Sequence record: OR062947.1
Strand: one strand, 5' to 3'
Source: Escherichia phage 348Ecol098PP
DNA: 64,000 nt
Part shown: in pieces, positions 1 to 9,927 of the stretch
Layout of the letters: each line of letters opens with the position of its first letter
Numbering within the stretch: position 1 is the stretch's first letter
Notes under the pieces: model-generated
What the model was told of the DNA's origin: nothing
Database searches by the model: none
What the model saw: only the letters and a program-made list of their open reading frames with translations
Made by a program: the position numbers and the translations under genes

Positions 1-182
1 GCTAAAAGGTCACACAATACGTTTAAGCGTGAACCTTCAAAATCATAATCAAGAAATTCATTCTGTCCATTGAGCCATTCGATAATGTTCTGTTTGATTT
101 CGGCAAATGTGCCCCCGATAAAAATCTCGGGAATAGCATTCGCTGTTCGGGTTAATTGATAATTTACAGGAGTGTTTGCCAT
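1..182 (-). CDS. 6: baseplate wedge subunit gp6, N-terminal fragment (continues beyond window)
   Basis: Reverse complement from 182 reads MANTPVNYQLTRTANAIPEIFIGGTFAEIKQN..., recalled T4 gp6 N-terminus; follows 5.4 as in T4. Confidence 0.85.
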   Translation of the reverse strand, partial: MANTPVNYQLTRTANAIPEIFIGGTFAEIKQNIIEWLNGQNEFLDYDFEGSRLNVLCDLL

Positions 183-190
183 TTTAATTC

Positions 191-484
191 CTATTTTATA
201 AAGACTTTTGACGAGGCCTGAGAAACAGTATCCCCGCATGAAATTGGGTCAGCCATTTGAACGGCCTTTTTACCTGTGACGTATACTTTAGATGTACGAG
301 GTTCAGTAACACCTCCATGAGTCTCGTATGGTTTTTTAATTTCTGTATGAGGTGTTATTTGGTCTCCTGCCACAAGAACAGGAATACCGCCGGTGAACAC
401 TTTAGATTGGGAAGCATTTATTACAGTAGGAGGCCATGCTTCATGACCTGCTGTAACGCACTTGTCGTAACTTAAGCCAGACAT
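191..484 (-). CDS. 5.4: PAAR-repeat baseplate spike tip protein gp5.4
   Basis: 97 aa from internal ATG ([19 protein letters not shown]...); size and position between 5.1 and 6 as in T4. Confidence 0.8.
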   Translation of the reverse strand: MSGLSYDKCVTAGHEAWPPTVINASQSKVFTGGIPVLVAGDQITPHTEIKKPYETHGGVTEPRTSKVYVTGKKAVQMADPISCGDTVSQASSKVFIK

Positions 485-486
485 TT

Positions 487-1002
487 TCACGGCCTCACAT
501 AAACATAGTTTCGTAATTGATGGGCCCATTTGCTCCAATTTCCTACTATAGTTTTTGTATAAACCTTAGTAAGAGTTTTTTGTACTGGAGCTGGTGGAGG
601 TTCTGTACCAGAGTCACTTCTAGAACCGCCTGATGAACTTTCTTCTTGGTAGTTATAAATCATTTCAACCGTATAACTAAACACTTTACGAAGATTCTGA
701 GGAGCTCTCCACAAATATAACTGTGTGGATTCATCTTTTGGTAAATCATCCCATGAAGATGCGGTTTCAAAATCATCATTTAATCGGTATTTCAATGCAT
801 CCGAAGAAAAGCTAAACACACTTTCATATATTCCATATAAACGATTGCCATCTACCGTAATGCCTTGTGTCGGTTCATAATCTGTTATATTTATTGACAC
901 TAAAGTTTCGGTTGTTTCTAACTGTGGAGTAAAAAGGACGTCAATAGACGCCCCTTCCATGTCTTCTCCTAAGTCGGTATTTAAAGGAAGTATTTGTGCC
1001 AT
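487..1002 (-). CDS. 5.1: gp5.1-like hypothetical protein
   Basis: 171-aa ORF immediately downstream of gene 5 on - strand; syntenic with T4 5.1. Confidence 0.6.
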   Translation of the reverse strand: MAQILPLNTDLGEDMEGASIDVLFTPQLETTETLVSINITDYEPTQGITVDGNRLYGIYESVFSFSSDALKYRLNDDFETASSWDDLPKDESTQLYLWRAPQNLRKVFSYTVEMIYNYQEESSSGGSRSDSGTEPPPAPVQKTLTKVYTKTIVGNWSKWAHQLRNYVYVRP

Positions 1003-1005
1003 ATA

Positions 1006-2739
1006 TTACCCAATATCAATACGAGATCCGTCAACAGTGTATTGTCCTGAAGCTACTGAGCTCATTGTAGACATTGTTTCTGCCCAATCCCCGGCAACAG
1101 TCATATCAACATTACCATTAACGGTCCATTTAACGTTTCCGTTGACAGTGTAATCATGATTCCCTTCGACCTGAGTTTTAGCATCACCTTTAACAAGAAT
1201 ATCTGCATTTCCGTCAACAACTATTTTGATATTACCCTTAACGTAAAGAGTTCCATCGCCTTCAACAGTTTTAGTTTGGTTACCACGAATAAAGATTGTG
1301 TCATTGCCGTCTATTTGATGGAGGCGGTCTGCCATGTTATAATATATTTCATTAGCACCAACGTTAACAAGCTTATCGCCAGAAATCAAGAAGTTCCCAT
1401 CGCCATTAGTGATGTCAAAAAGGTCTTCTACAGTTTTACGAGTACGACGCCCAGACGGAGAAACTTCCTCATATGACCCTGTTGGATGAACTAAGCGATA
1501 ACGTTCATTACCTGGAGTATCGTCAAATTCTTGGATATGACCACTTTCTGTTTCCATAGCATGAACGTATGGATACTCACCACGATAACTTGATTCCGGT
1601 TCTTTAAAAAGGATACGTGAATCTAATGGAACAGGAGGACCAGCCGGGTCTTCTGGATCGGTATTTCTAGTAACTAAATCAGCACCAACTCCTGGTGAAG
1701 GCGGTGTTTTAACAGGAACACCGTATGATTCCATGTTACCAGTTAAAATAATTGTTGTTACACGTGAAGCACGCCCTTTAGTCTGTTGGAACCATAATGA
1801 ATCGCGTCCAGATTTGTATGCAGTTTTCCAATCACCTGTGGCCATTGCTTTAAGCATAGTATTGAATTTTGCTACACCACCAACACCCATTTGGAAGCAC
1901 ATGTTTTCTAATGCCATTTGACGAGACCTGTTCATTTTAGCATAAACAGGACCTACTTTAGAATTAGAACGAATGTCTTTCTGCATCTTAGCAAGGTCTT
2001 TCTCAAATAACGCTGTTGCTTCTTCTAATGTAATAGTTCCGGGATTTCCTGTTACTTCACGCCCTACTTGATCGGATAACAATTTATTAATTCGAGACAT
2101 ATCTCGGGTCTTTTCCATTACGATAAGGTGTCCAATACCTACTGTAGGATATCCGAGATGGTCCCAATACACTTTATCACGAAGACCTTCGTCACGACGT
2201 AACATTTCTGTTATTGTAAAATTAGGGTCATCATCTTCTGGAATATTTGCTAAATCTGTATCATCTGGGTTTATACCATAATCCAAGTTGTTGTCTTGAA
2301 TTACGTTAGAGTTCGAATAATAACCAGCTTCACCACCTTGGTTTAATACGTTCGTATCATTACCTAAACGTCGTGGATACTGGCCTGTCGGGTCCGAAAA
2401 ACCTTCAAGTCTATTAGGCTTTTCACGTACGATTCCGCCGTATGTACCAAGTACGATCCCGTTTGTTTTCCATTTGTCTAAGAAATGACCATATACTCGA
2501 GTTCCTTCAACAGGACCTGTAACAGAACCACCAATACCTGACATTGATGCAGACGTAATAGGTTGAATAACAGTCATCCATGGAAGTTTTTCTGTAGGAA
2601 TACCCTGCACATCGCCTTGTACTCTCTGTGCGGGATGAAGTCCAACTACTCGCACTCGAACTCGCCCTTGTTTTAATGGGTCCATTCTGTCTTCGACAAC
2701 ACCCACGAACCAATTAAGGCTACTGCTAATCATTTCCAT
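1006..2739 (-). CDS. 5: baseplate hub / tail lysozyme gp5
   Basis: 577 aa; internal lysozyme domain (DEGLRDKVYWDHLGYPTVGIGHL) and C-terminal VxG beta-helix repeats. Confidence 0.95.
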   Translation of the reverse strand: MEMISSSLNWFVGVVEDRMDPLKQGRVRVRVVGLHPAQRVQGDVQGIPTEKLPWMTVIQPITSASMSGIGGSVTGPVEGTRVYGHFLDKWKTNGIVLGTYGGIVREKPNRLEGFSDPTGQYPRRLGNDTNVLNQGGEAGYYSNSNVIQDNNLDYGINPDDTDLANIPEDDDPNFTITEMLRRDEGLRDKVYWDHLGYPTVGIGHLIVMEKTRDMSRINKLLSDQVGREVTGNPGTITLEEATALFEKDLAKMQKDIRSNSKVGPVYAKMNRSRQMALENMCFQMGVGGVAKFNTMLKAMATGDWKTAYKSGRDSLWFQQTKGRASRVTTIILTGNMESYGVPVKTPPSPGVGADLVTRNTDPEDPAGPPVPLDSRILFKEPESSYRGEYPYVHAMETESGHIQEFDDTPGNERYRLVHPTGSYEEVSPSGRRTRKTVEDLFDITNGDGNFLISGDKLVNVGANEIYYNMADRLHQIDGNDTIFIRGNQTKTVEGDGTLYVKGNIKIVVDGNADILVKGDAKTQVEGNHDYTVNGNVKWTVNGNVDMTVAGDWAETMSTMSSVASGQYTVDGSRIDIG

Positions 2740-3314
2740 TATGCAATCTCCATCTCACGAATCAAATCTGTGATAAACGAGTTTATATCTTCTTTTGCAA
2801 CAATTTTTATTTTACGAAGTTTTTCATTATCTAATACTGCCGCTTCATAAGTATCTACTGCAGCTAAAGGTCCTTTATATTGCGGATACTTACGAGCTTC
2901 ATCACCTTTATCGTACCACACTAAAGGCTCGTCCGGATATGAAACCAAATTGTAAAATTTCTCACGATTTTCATTAATATGATAAAGAACTTGGTCGCCG
3001 CCCGCATTAGCATATTTCTGAATAGAAGCTTGATAAGCTGCTTCCTGAGATGTAATCCAACCATAATACGGATCATAGTTATCATTACACATCAAAAGGA
3101 CCCAGTATAATTGAGGGTTGCCATAAATTATGTTTGCTAGTTCTTCAGGACGCGGAGAGCCTTTAATATAATAAGAACGTAATCTATAATTGGCAGCAAC
3201 ACGTTTAAAGTACTCTTTATAGTTACGAAATATGTCTGTCATAGGAATAGTAGGTGCATTCTTATTAACTGTTTTAGCACTATATCCTATTGGGTCGAAG
3301 AATGTAAATAACAA
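2739..3314 (-). CDS. 53: baseplate wedge subunit gp53
   Basis: 191 aa; position upstream of gene 5, divergent from gene 4, as in T4. Confidence 0.8.
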   Translation of the reverse strand: MLFTFFDPIGYSAKTVNKNAPTIPMTDIFRNYKEYFKRVAANYRLRSYYIKGSPRPEELANIIYGNPQLYWVLLMCNDNYDPYYGWITSQEAAYQASIQKYANAGGDQVLYHINENREKFYNLVSYPDEPLVWYDKGDEARKYPQYKGPLAAVDTYEAAVLDNEKLRKIKIVAKEDINSFITDLIREMEIA

Positions 3315-3341
3315 GATAGTCTCCTTCCAATATGAAATTGG

Positions 3342-3349
3342 TATAAATA
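3342..3349 (+). promoter_or_regulatory. late promoter TATAAATA for gene 4
   Basis: Exact T4 late -10 consensus TATAAATA 27 nt upstream of gene 4 ATG. Confidence 0.55.
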
Positions 3350-3356
3350 ATAATAC

Positions 3357-3364
3357 TATTTATA
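3357..3364 (-). promoter_or_regulatory. late promoter TATAAATA (minus strand) for gene 53 operon
   Basis: tatttata on + strand = TATAAATA on - strand, about 43 nt upstream of gene 53 start. Confidence 0.45.
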
Positions 3365-3375
3365 AGGAGGACAAC

Positions 3376-3825
3376 ATGGCCTACTCTGGTAAATGGGTCC
3401 CAAAAAATTTAAAAAAATACCGTGGAGACCATACCAAAATAACGTATCGTTCAAACTGGGAAAAATTCTTTTTCGAATGGTTGGATAAAAATCCAGAAAT
3501 TATTGCATGGGGTAGTGAAACAGCAGTAATTCCATATTTTTGTAATGCTGAAGGTAAGAAACGTCGATACTATATGGACATATGGATGAAAGATGCATCA
3601 GGTCAAGAGTTTTTTGTAGAAATAAAACCAAAGAAAGAAACTCAACCACCTATTAAACCGGTGAATCTTACAACTGCGGCTAAGAAACGTTATATGAATG
3701 AAATATATACCTGGTCTGTGAACTGTGACAAATGGAAAGCTGCCTCAGCTGTTGCTGAAAAGAGAAATATAAAATTTCGAGTTCTAACCGAAGATGGTCT
3801 TAGAAAACTCGGATACAAGGGGTAA
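3376..3825 (+). CDS. 4: head completion protein gp4
   Basis: [42 protein letters not shown]...; SD AAGGAGG upstream; track ORF trimmed to this ATG. Confidence 0.85.
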   Translation: MAYSGKWVPKNLKKYRGDHTKITYRSNWEKFFFEWLDKNPEIIAWGSETAVIPYFCNAEGKKRRYYMDIWMKDASGQEFFVEIKPKKETQPPIKPVNLTTAAKKRYMNEIYTWSVNCDKWKAASAVAEKRNIKFRVLTEDGLRKLGYKG

Positions 3826-3827
3826 TT

Positions 3828-4649
3828 ATGAGCATATTCCAAATTATATCTGAAGGCGTACAAGCCCCTAAGATTGCTCAGTCTATGAATGAAAGAAAAT
3901 GGATTGAGATAGGATTAGAATACAAGAAAGCTAAAGAGAAAGGAATCACTGCAAAAGCATTTGCAGAATCAAAAGGAATAAAATACTCGTCGTTTACATC
4001 TGCAATGTCTAGATATGCATCATCTATTAAGACTGCACAGAAAATTGAAACGCTTGAATCTAAACCTAAAAATAAACTCAATAAGCAAGAACGTCAACTT
4101 CTGATGATAAACTCGTTTCGCAGTTCAATACGAGAAAAGATTAGAAATGAAGGCGCAGCAGTAAACAACAAATCATCTAAGTGGTTTGTTGAAACAATTA
4201 AGAAAAGTGTAAAAGGTCATAAAGTAGTCAAGCCTACGCCAGGCAAAATTTATACTTACGTGTATGATGCTAAACATAAAGATACTCTACCGTATTGGGA
4301 CAGATATCCTTTGATTATTTATTTAGGATTAGGTAAACATAATTTGATGTACGGGTTAAACTTGCACTATATCCCACCTAAAGCACGTCAACAGTTTCTT
4401 GAAGAATTGCTGAAGCAATATGCTAGCACAACTACTATTACTAATAACACAAAGTTGAAGATAGACTGGAGCAAGGTGAAAGGATTTCAAGGTGCTGACA
4501 AAATGATTAAAGCATACCTGCCAGGCCACATTAGAGGAACAATAACAGAAATCGCTCCTAAAGACTGGGCCAACATAATCATGTTACCTACTCAGCAGTT
4601 TATGTCAAAAGGAAAACGTTTCTCTGCGAATACTGTTTGGAAATCTTAA
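3828..4649 (+). CDS. 2: DNA end protector protein gp2
   Basis: 273 aa; size and synteny (4-2-3-1). Confidence 0.8.
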   Translation: MSIFQIISEGVQAPKIAQSMNERKWIEIGLEYKKAKEKGITAKAFAESKGIKYSSFTSAMSRYASSIKTAQKIETLESKPKNKLNKQERQLLMINSFRSSIREKIRNEGAAVNNKSSKWFVETIKKSVKGHKVVKPTPGKIYTYVYDAKHKDTLPYWDRYPLIIYLGLGKHNLMYGLNLHYIPPKARQQFLEELLKQYASTTTITNNTKLKIDWSKVKGFQGADKMIKAYLPGHIRGTITEIAPKDWANIIMLPTQQFMSKGKRFSANTVWKS

Positions 4650-4751
4650 TTCTATTCTCTTCCGTTCTTCTGATATTCTGTTGAACCAGATTAATGGAAG
4701 AGACCTAAAACCATTATACTGCATTTTTATTAAAGCGTTTTTGAGGTGCTT

Positions 4752-5336
4752 ATGACTCGTCCAGCGAGACAGATTTTTAACCAAACAAATATAACAAACT
4801 TTGTTGTGGATATCCCAGATAGTACACGAACTTCAGGTTTTGTGCTCAATGCCCAAACGGCTCCATTGCCAGGTGTGAGAATTCCTGTTGTTGAAACTGT
4901 GACAGGCACAATGGGGCTAGGACGTGCAATGCGTGCAGGCACCACATTTGAATATGACCCTTTTATTGTACGATTTATAGTTGATGAAGACATGACGTCC
5001 TGGATGAACATGTATAAATGGATGCTCAGCACTAATAATTATATAACCGGCCATAATACGGCCCACTCTGATGGTCCTGAGTTTGTTACTTTGCACATTT
5101 TAAACAACAATAAGACCGAAGTAGTTTTGACGGCAAATTTCTATAAACCATGGATTTCCGATTTGAGTGAAATTGAATTTAGTTACACTGAAGACTCTGA
5201 CCCTGCCGTTACTTGCGTAGCAACTATTCATTACGCGTATATGACGATAGAAAAAGATGGCGAAGTCATTGTATCTCAACAACCACGTCAAGCGGTCGAA
5301 TCTAAATCCATTTCTAGACACCCTTCCTTGCGTTAA
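4752..5336 (+). CDS. 3: tail completion / sheath stabilizer gp3
   Basis: Synteny between 2 and 1; first ATG (MTRPARQ...). Confidence 0.75.
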   Translation: MTRPARQIFNQTNITNFVVDIPDSTRTSGFVLNAQTAPLPGVRIPVVETVTGTMGLGRAMRAGTTFEYDPFIVRFIVDEDMTSWMNMYKWMLSTNNYITGHNTAHSDGPEFVTLHILNNNKTEVVLTANFYKPWISDLSEIEFSYTEDSDPAVTCVATIHYAYMTIEKDGEVIVSQQPRQAVESKSISRHPSLR

Positions 5337-5389
5337 TCGCTTCTAGCTCCGTATGTTATAATCACTCATAAATTATATGAGGAAAACCT

Positions 5390-6124
5390 ATGGAGCTAAT
5401 CTTTTTAAGTGGCATCAAACGTAGTGGTAAAGACACTACTGCTGATTACATCAATTCAAACTTTAAATCCGTAAAATACCAATTGGCATATCCGATTAAA
5501 GACGCTCTAGCAATAGCCTGGGGACGTAGGCATGCTGAAAACCCTGATGTATTCACAGAGTTGAAATACGAATACTTTGAAGGCATTGGATACGACCGTG
5601 AAACACCATTAAATCTCAATAAGTTGGATGTTATTGAATTATTGGAAGAAGCGCTAATTTATTTGCAAAGTCAATATTTACCAATTAATAATGTTAAAGT
5701 ATTATCATCGTTAGAAGGTGGATATTCGTATCTAGATATTAAACCATATGAAGCCCTGCGTGAAGCTATAAATAATATCAACGACACATGGTCAATCCGC
5801 CGTCTTATGCAAGCCCTCGGTACGGATGTTGTCGTTAATTTATTTGACCGTATGTATTGGGTTAAACTTTTTGCATTAAACTATATGGATTATATTGGAA
5901 GTGATTTCGATTACTATGTCGTAACCGATACACGTCAAGTCCATGAAATGGAAACCGCTAGAGCGATGGGTGCTACAGTTATTCATGTGGTTCGCTCTGG
6001 TACGGAATCCACCGATAAACATATTACAGAAGCTGGGTTGCCTATTGAAGAAGGCGATTTAGTTATTACAAACGACGGCTCTTTAGAAGAGCTTTATTCT
6101 AAAATTGAAACAATCTTAAGGTAA
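5390..6124 (+). CDS. 1: deoxynucleoside monophosphate kinase gp1
   Basis: 244 aa, N-terminal P-loop-like GIKRSGKDT; synteny. Confidence 0.8.
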   Translation: MELIFLSGIKRSGKDTTADYINSNFKSVKYQLAYPIKDALAIAWGRRHAENPDVFTELKYEYFEGIGYDRETPLNLNKLDVIELLEEALIYLQSQYLPINNVKVLSSLEGGYSYLDIKPYEALREAINNINDTWSIRRLMQALGTDVVVNLFDRMYWVKLFALNYMDYIGSDFDYYVVTDTRQVHEMETARAMGATVIHVVRSGTESTDKHITEAGLPIEEGDLVITNDGSLEELYSKIETILR

Positions 6125-6128
6125 TAAA

Positions 6129-6814
<686 letters not shown>

Positions 6815-6825
6815 TTTTCACAAAA

Positions 6826-6860
6826 CAGTTTACATAAAGATGATGGTGTGTTACTATCAT
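6826..6860 (+). promoter_or_regulatory. early sigma70-type promoter (GTTTAC ... tactat)
   Basis: GTTTACA -35-like box, about 18 nt spacer, -10-like tactat, partial inverted repeat; precedes ORF 6892. Confidence 0.5.
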
Positions 6861-6891
6861 CCTATCAAATAAACAGCCTCAAGGAAATAAA

Positions 6892-7203
6892 ATGAAAACT
6901 TATCAAGAGTTTATCGCTGAAGCTACTAAAGCCGATAAAAATTTTATTATTAACACCACCGGTCCGTTAGATGATGAATACGCTAATGCTATTATTAAGT
7001 CAATTTCTAATCAAGGCGTTGAAGTAACAAATTTCGAATATAAGAAAAATGATACTTATATGATAATTAGTATCAAAAAAGGTTCAAAGGCTAAAATTAA
7101 ATCTGCATTTGGTGTTATGCGAGTCGACCAAATCGATAACCACGATTTTTCACAAACAGGGGCCAAACGCCAAAACACCATTTCTTCTAAAGGCATAAAA
7201 TAA
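6892..7203 (+). CDS. internal-protein-like protein with capsid targeting sequence
   Basis: N-terminus MKTYQEFIAE = T4 internal protein capsid targeting sequence (CTS). Confidence 0.75.
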   Translation: MKTYQEFIAEATKADKNFIINTTGPLDDEYANAIIKSISNQGVEVTNFEYKKNDTYMIISIKKGSKAKIKSAFGVMRVDQIDNHDFSQTGAKRQNTISSKGIK

Positions 7204-7242
7204 TTTACAACTTGATAGGACTACTATATCATAGTCCTATCA
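7204..7242 (+). promoter_or_regulatory. early promoter inside perfect inverted repeat (PeSL-like)
   Basis: ATTTACA then 9-bp inverted repeat ataggacta/tagtcctat flanking the -10 region. Confidence 0.55.
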
Positions 7243-7264
7243 AAATAACCAAATGGAACCTAAA

Positions 7265-7528
7265 ATGAAAACTTTCAACGAATTCATCTCAGAATCGTCT
7301 GGTGTGAAAATTAACAAAGCGGTCAATCAGGTTATTGCTGATATTCTTAATTTGTATAACATTGACTTAACTCCGCATATCACGCTTGGTAACAAACGAA
7401 ACTTTTTCATATTTGACACATCCGAACTTGATGAAAATCAGTTCAATAACATTCAACGTTTTGCGAATGATAAAGGTCTTCGACACGAGCCTGGTGGCTA
7501 TAAAAAATACGCAATATATTTGAAATAA
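7265..7528 (+). CDS. internal-protein-like protein with CTS
   Basis: Starts MKTFNEFISE (CTS pattern); SD upstream. Confidence 0.7.
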   Translation: MKTFNEFISESSGVKINKAVNQVIADILNLYNIDLTPHITLGNKRNFFIFDTSELDENQFNNIQRFANDKGLRHEPGGYKKYAIYLK

Positions 7529-7529
7529 A

Positions 7530-7572
7530 GGTATACAAGCCTATAGGGATATGTTATAGTAGTCCTATCAAA
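7530..7572 (+). promoter_or_regulatory. early promoter / PeSL-like cassette
   Basis: gtatacaa ... tgttatagtagtcctatc, same cassette family. Confidence 0.45.
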
Positions 7573-7597
7573 ACAAATGAGTAAATGGAGAAATAAA

Positions 7598-7783
7598 ATG
7601 AAACGCGCTGAACTGATTCGTAATGTTGCTGTAGTAATTGCTTCAATGGCTTTTAGTTTTTCGATGTTTGTAGGATTCATTTGTGGACTACTGACAACAA
7701 CTGAAAACTCTATCTCATTGGTAGTAGCATTTCTAATCGGCTTAATCGCTATCGTTATGGATAAAATTGCAAAAGGTGAGTAA
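7598..7783 (+). CDS. small hydrophobic (membrane) protein
   Basis: 61 aa, one predicted TM segment; SD aaatggag before ATG. Confidence 0.55.
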   Translation: MKRAELIRNVAVVIASMAFSFSMFVGFICGLLTTTENSISLVVAFLIGLIAIVMDKIAKGE

Positions 7784-7784
7784 A

Positions 7785-8147
7785 ATGAAATATCACGTAT
7801 ATGCGGATTTTGAAGCAAATCCTTCTAAAGACCCCGATTGTCGTTTGATACGCAGACCATTTGATTCAGCAGCTCAAGCCTGGGCCTGGATTAAAACTTG
7901 TACTCCTTCTTACACTTTCTTTGAAGTGGTAGATGATAACGGTGTTCTGCATCCAGAACCTACAGAAACTATTAATTTCCTTCTGTTTGCAGGTTATGAC
8001 TGTTATCCTCTTGGCGGTATTGATGATCTTGTTGCTACAGGAAAAACTGTTGAGGCTCTTCGCGAAATCTACAAAAATGCTGAAGAAAATTTTGACTGGT
8101 ATCATATTGTTGATGCTCATACCTTTGAAATGGTGGAACATTCATGA
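7785..8147 (+). CDS. hypothetical protein
   Basis: 120-aa ORF with SD, packed between neighbours. Confidence 0.6.
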   Translation: MKYHVYADFEANPSKDPDCRLIRRPFDSAAQAWAWIKTCTPSYTFFEVVDDNGVLHPEPTETINFLLFAGYDCYPLGGIDDLVATGKTVEALREIYKNAEENFDWYHIVDAHTFEMVEHS

Positions 8148-8434
8148 TTCTTTACGCTAAAATAAAATCTGTCGAGAACGGATATGAAAGCGACCGTCGA
8201 GCGGCTAAAGCATTAGTCGATGACTACGGTATTTTGACTATTTTTGAGGTTGAAAAGGTTTACATCGACCGTTCGTCTTCACAGGTCAAATTACTATGGG
8301 AAGACCGTAAATTTAATACAGTGAACTTTGATTTCTTTATTGAAACCGAATCAGGTCCTGTTGAATATGATATTTTCAAGAATCCTTTGAAATTACGTTG
8401 CATTGAATATAATTACATTAATATGGTACGGTGA
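8144..8434 (+). CDS. hypothetical protein
   Basis: 96-aa ORF, ATGA overlap with upstream gene. Confidence 0.6.
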   Translation: MILYAKIKSVENGYESDRRAAKALVDDYGILTIFEVEKVYIDRSSSQVKLLWEDRKFNTVNFDFFIETESGPVEYDIFKNPLKLRCIEYNYINMVR

Positions 8435-8438
8435 GTAA

Positions 8439-8954
8439 ATGAATATTTGTTTAGGCAGTACAATTCCTAAGGGTTACGTAATTGATGTCACTACTTGGGA
8501 AAATGACGGCGACAACTATAAAACCAAAACATTATTTGGTGTAGAAGAGCATGAGCTCCAACAGTTTAAATATCTCTTGAAGAAATTTAAGAGTCGTCAT
8601 TCTAGCACTAAAGCTGAACGTTACTGTGGTAATACACCATTCAGTGATTGCTCGCTTTTAATCTATGAATACTTGGTTGAAGGACTGTTCTCAGACCAGC
8701 TTTATCCAGAATTCATTAAAAAGGTCTTTGGTATTGAAGTCGACCTTGGTGATAAATCTGAAGAAGACGAAGCCCGCGTATTCGACCTGTTCTTTGTGAA
8801 AGGCGATGAGGTATCTCAAGGACTTATTGATATTCTTGGCTATGCTTCTGAATACTACGACTATGATTTCTTGCGTGTAGTTGAACGTGTTGAATTCGCT
8901 TATATTGAAGAAGAAATTGTTTTGCCGACTGTTAAAATGATTGATTTGCTTTAA
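8439..8954 (+). CDS. hypothetical acidic protein
   Basis: 171-aa ORF. Confidence 0.6.
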   Translation: MNICLGSTIPKGYVIDVTTWENDGDNYKTKTLFGVEEHELQQFKYLLKKFKSRHSSTKAERYCGNTPFSDCSLLIYEYLVEGLFSDQLYPEFIKKVFGIEVDLGDKSEEDEARVFDLFFVKGDEVSQGLIDILGYASEYYDYDFLRVVERVEFAYIEEEIVLPTVKMIDLL

Positions 8955-9033
8955 GAATTATGTGTTATTATTAATTCATACCCTCTATTACCAAAGGTGC
9001 TCTAAAGTGCCTTTCATAATAGAAAGTTATTTA

Positions 9034-9107
9034 GGCCCTGTAGCTCAACGGTTAGCAGCAGTCCCCTCATAAGGGAAAGGTTACCAGTTCGAATCTGGTC
9101 TGGGTCA
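9034..9107 (+). tRNA. tRNA with CAU anticodon (Ile2 or Met)
   Basis: Hand-folded cloverleaf: acceptor GGCCCTG/CTGGGTC (one mismatch), D-loop with GG, anticodon loop CTCATAA, T-arm ACCAG-TTCGAAT-CTGGT; no encoded CCA. Confidence 0.6.
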
Positions 9108-9113
9108 TATATT

Positions 9114-9189
9114 CGAGGCATAGCTCAGAAGGAAGAGCAAGGACCTTCTAAGTCCTAGGTCGTAGGTTCGATCCCTACTGTCTCGACCA
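9114..9189 (+). tRNA. tRNA-Arg (anticodon UCU)
   Basis: Hand-folded: acceptor CGAGGCA/TGTCTCG, D-arm GCTC-AGAAGGAA-GAGC, anticodon loop CTTCTAA, T-arm GTAGG-TTCGATC-CCTAC, encoded CCA. Confidence 0.8.
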
Positions 9190-9207
9190 ACTTTAAGTGA
9201 GGAAAAT

Positions 9208-9552
9208 ATGAAAGGCAATATTTATCTGGTAGTTCATGATTTAACGTTTTATTTTAACGAATATGATACAGTTATTTCTCATCGATTGATTAATTCGCTG
9301 TATCAGCATGCCGATTACATTTATGTTCAAAATGAATTTGGACATTGGAAGTTCATTAAAAACCGTTCTGGGTTAACTAGTTTTGAATACTTTGATCGCA
9401 AAGACCTTTTAAACGAAATCCCATTGCAACATCGGTTCCAGAAACGCGAATCATTATATTATTGCCGTCATATACCAAACGCCGAATGTGTTAATGAAGC
9501 GATTAATCTATGGCGTCGGCGTCGAGAGCAAATTGATGATATGCCAAAATAA
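9208..9552 (+). CDS. hypothetical protein
   Basis: 114-aa ORF with SD GAGGA 7 nt before ATG. Confidence 0.6.
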   Translation: MKGNIYLVVHDLTFYFNEYDTVISHRLINSLYQHADYIYVQNEFGHWKFIKNRSGLTSFEYFDRKDLLNEIPLQHRFQKRESLYYCRHIPNAECVNEAINLWRRRREQIDDMPK

Positions 9553-9639
9553 GAAGCCGGGTCGCTACCGGTAAGTCGTCGGACTGATGTTCCCTGAGTA
9601 AGGACTGGTCTTAATAAATCTTTATGATTTGTTAATATC

Positions 9640-9815
9640 CCCTTACATCACAGCAGAAACGGCGCACAGAATTATCGATTCGAGGAAATATCTTTGCCGT
9701 AAGCCGAGTAGCGTTTTTGACGGAACGTTCGGATATGGTCGAGATATGGCCTTTTAAAAATATTGAGTAGCGTCAACTACTTAATAACCGGGTTCGAATC
9801 CCGGCGTTTCGTACA
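9640..9815 (+). ncRNA. possible small stable RNA with tRNA-like 3-prime T-arm
   Basis: Non-coding stretch with CCGGG-TTCGAAT-CCCGG T-arm-like hairpin at 9788-9804 but no canonical cloverleaf; terminator follows. Confidence 0.3.
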
Positions 9816-9854
9816 AACACTTACTTAGTAGGTGGAAACCCCGACAAGGTATAT

Positions 9855-9883
9855 AGCCCCTTCCGAAAGGTTGGGGCTTTTTT
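9855..9883 (+). terminator. rho-independent terminator
   Basis: agccccttccgaaaggttggggc hairpin followed by TTTTTT; same hairpin recurs at 25116. Confidence 0.7.
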
Positions 9884-9884
9884 G

Positions 9885-9892
9885 TATAAATA
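9885..9892 (+). promoter_or_regulatory. late promoter TATAAATA
   Basis: Exact TATAAATA about 35 nt upstream of CTS-protein gene 9928. Confidence 0.45.
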
Positions 9893-9927
9893 TAGTAAAC
9901 AATAAACCTACTTTCTAAGGACCGTCA

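Noticed and set aside
1006-1500. Short periodic repeats at the 3-prime end of gene 5
   Set aside because: They encode the VxG beta-helix repeats of the gp5 needle; coding periodicity, not a tandem repeat element.
4746-4751. GTG start two codons upstream of the gene 3 ATG
   Set aside because: The ATG at 4752 gives MTRPARQ..., the more plausible start; the track extension uses an alternative start codon.
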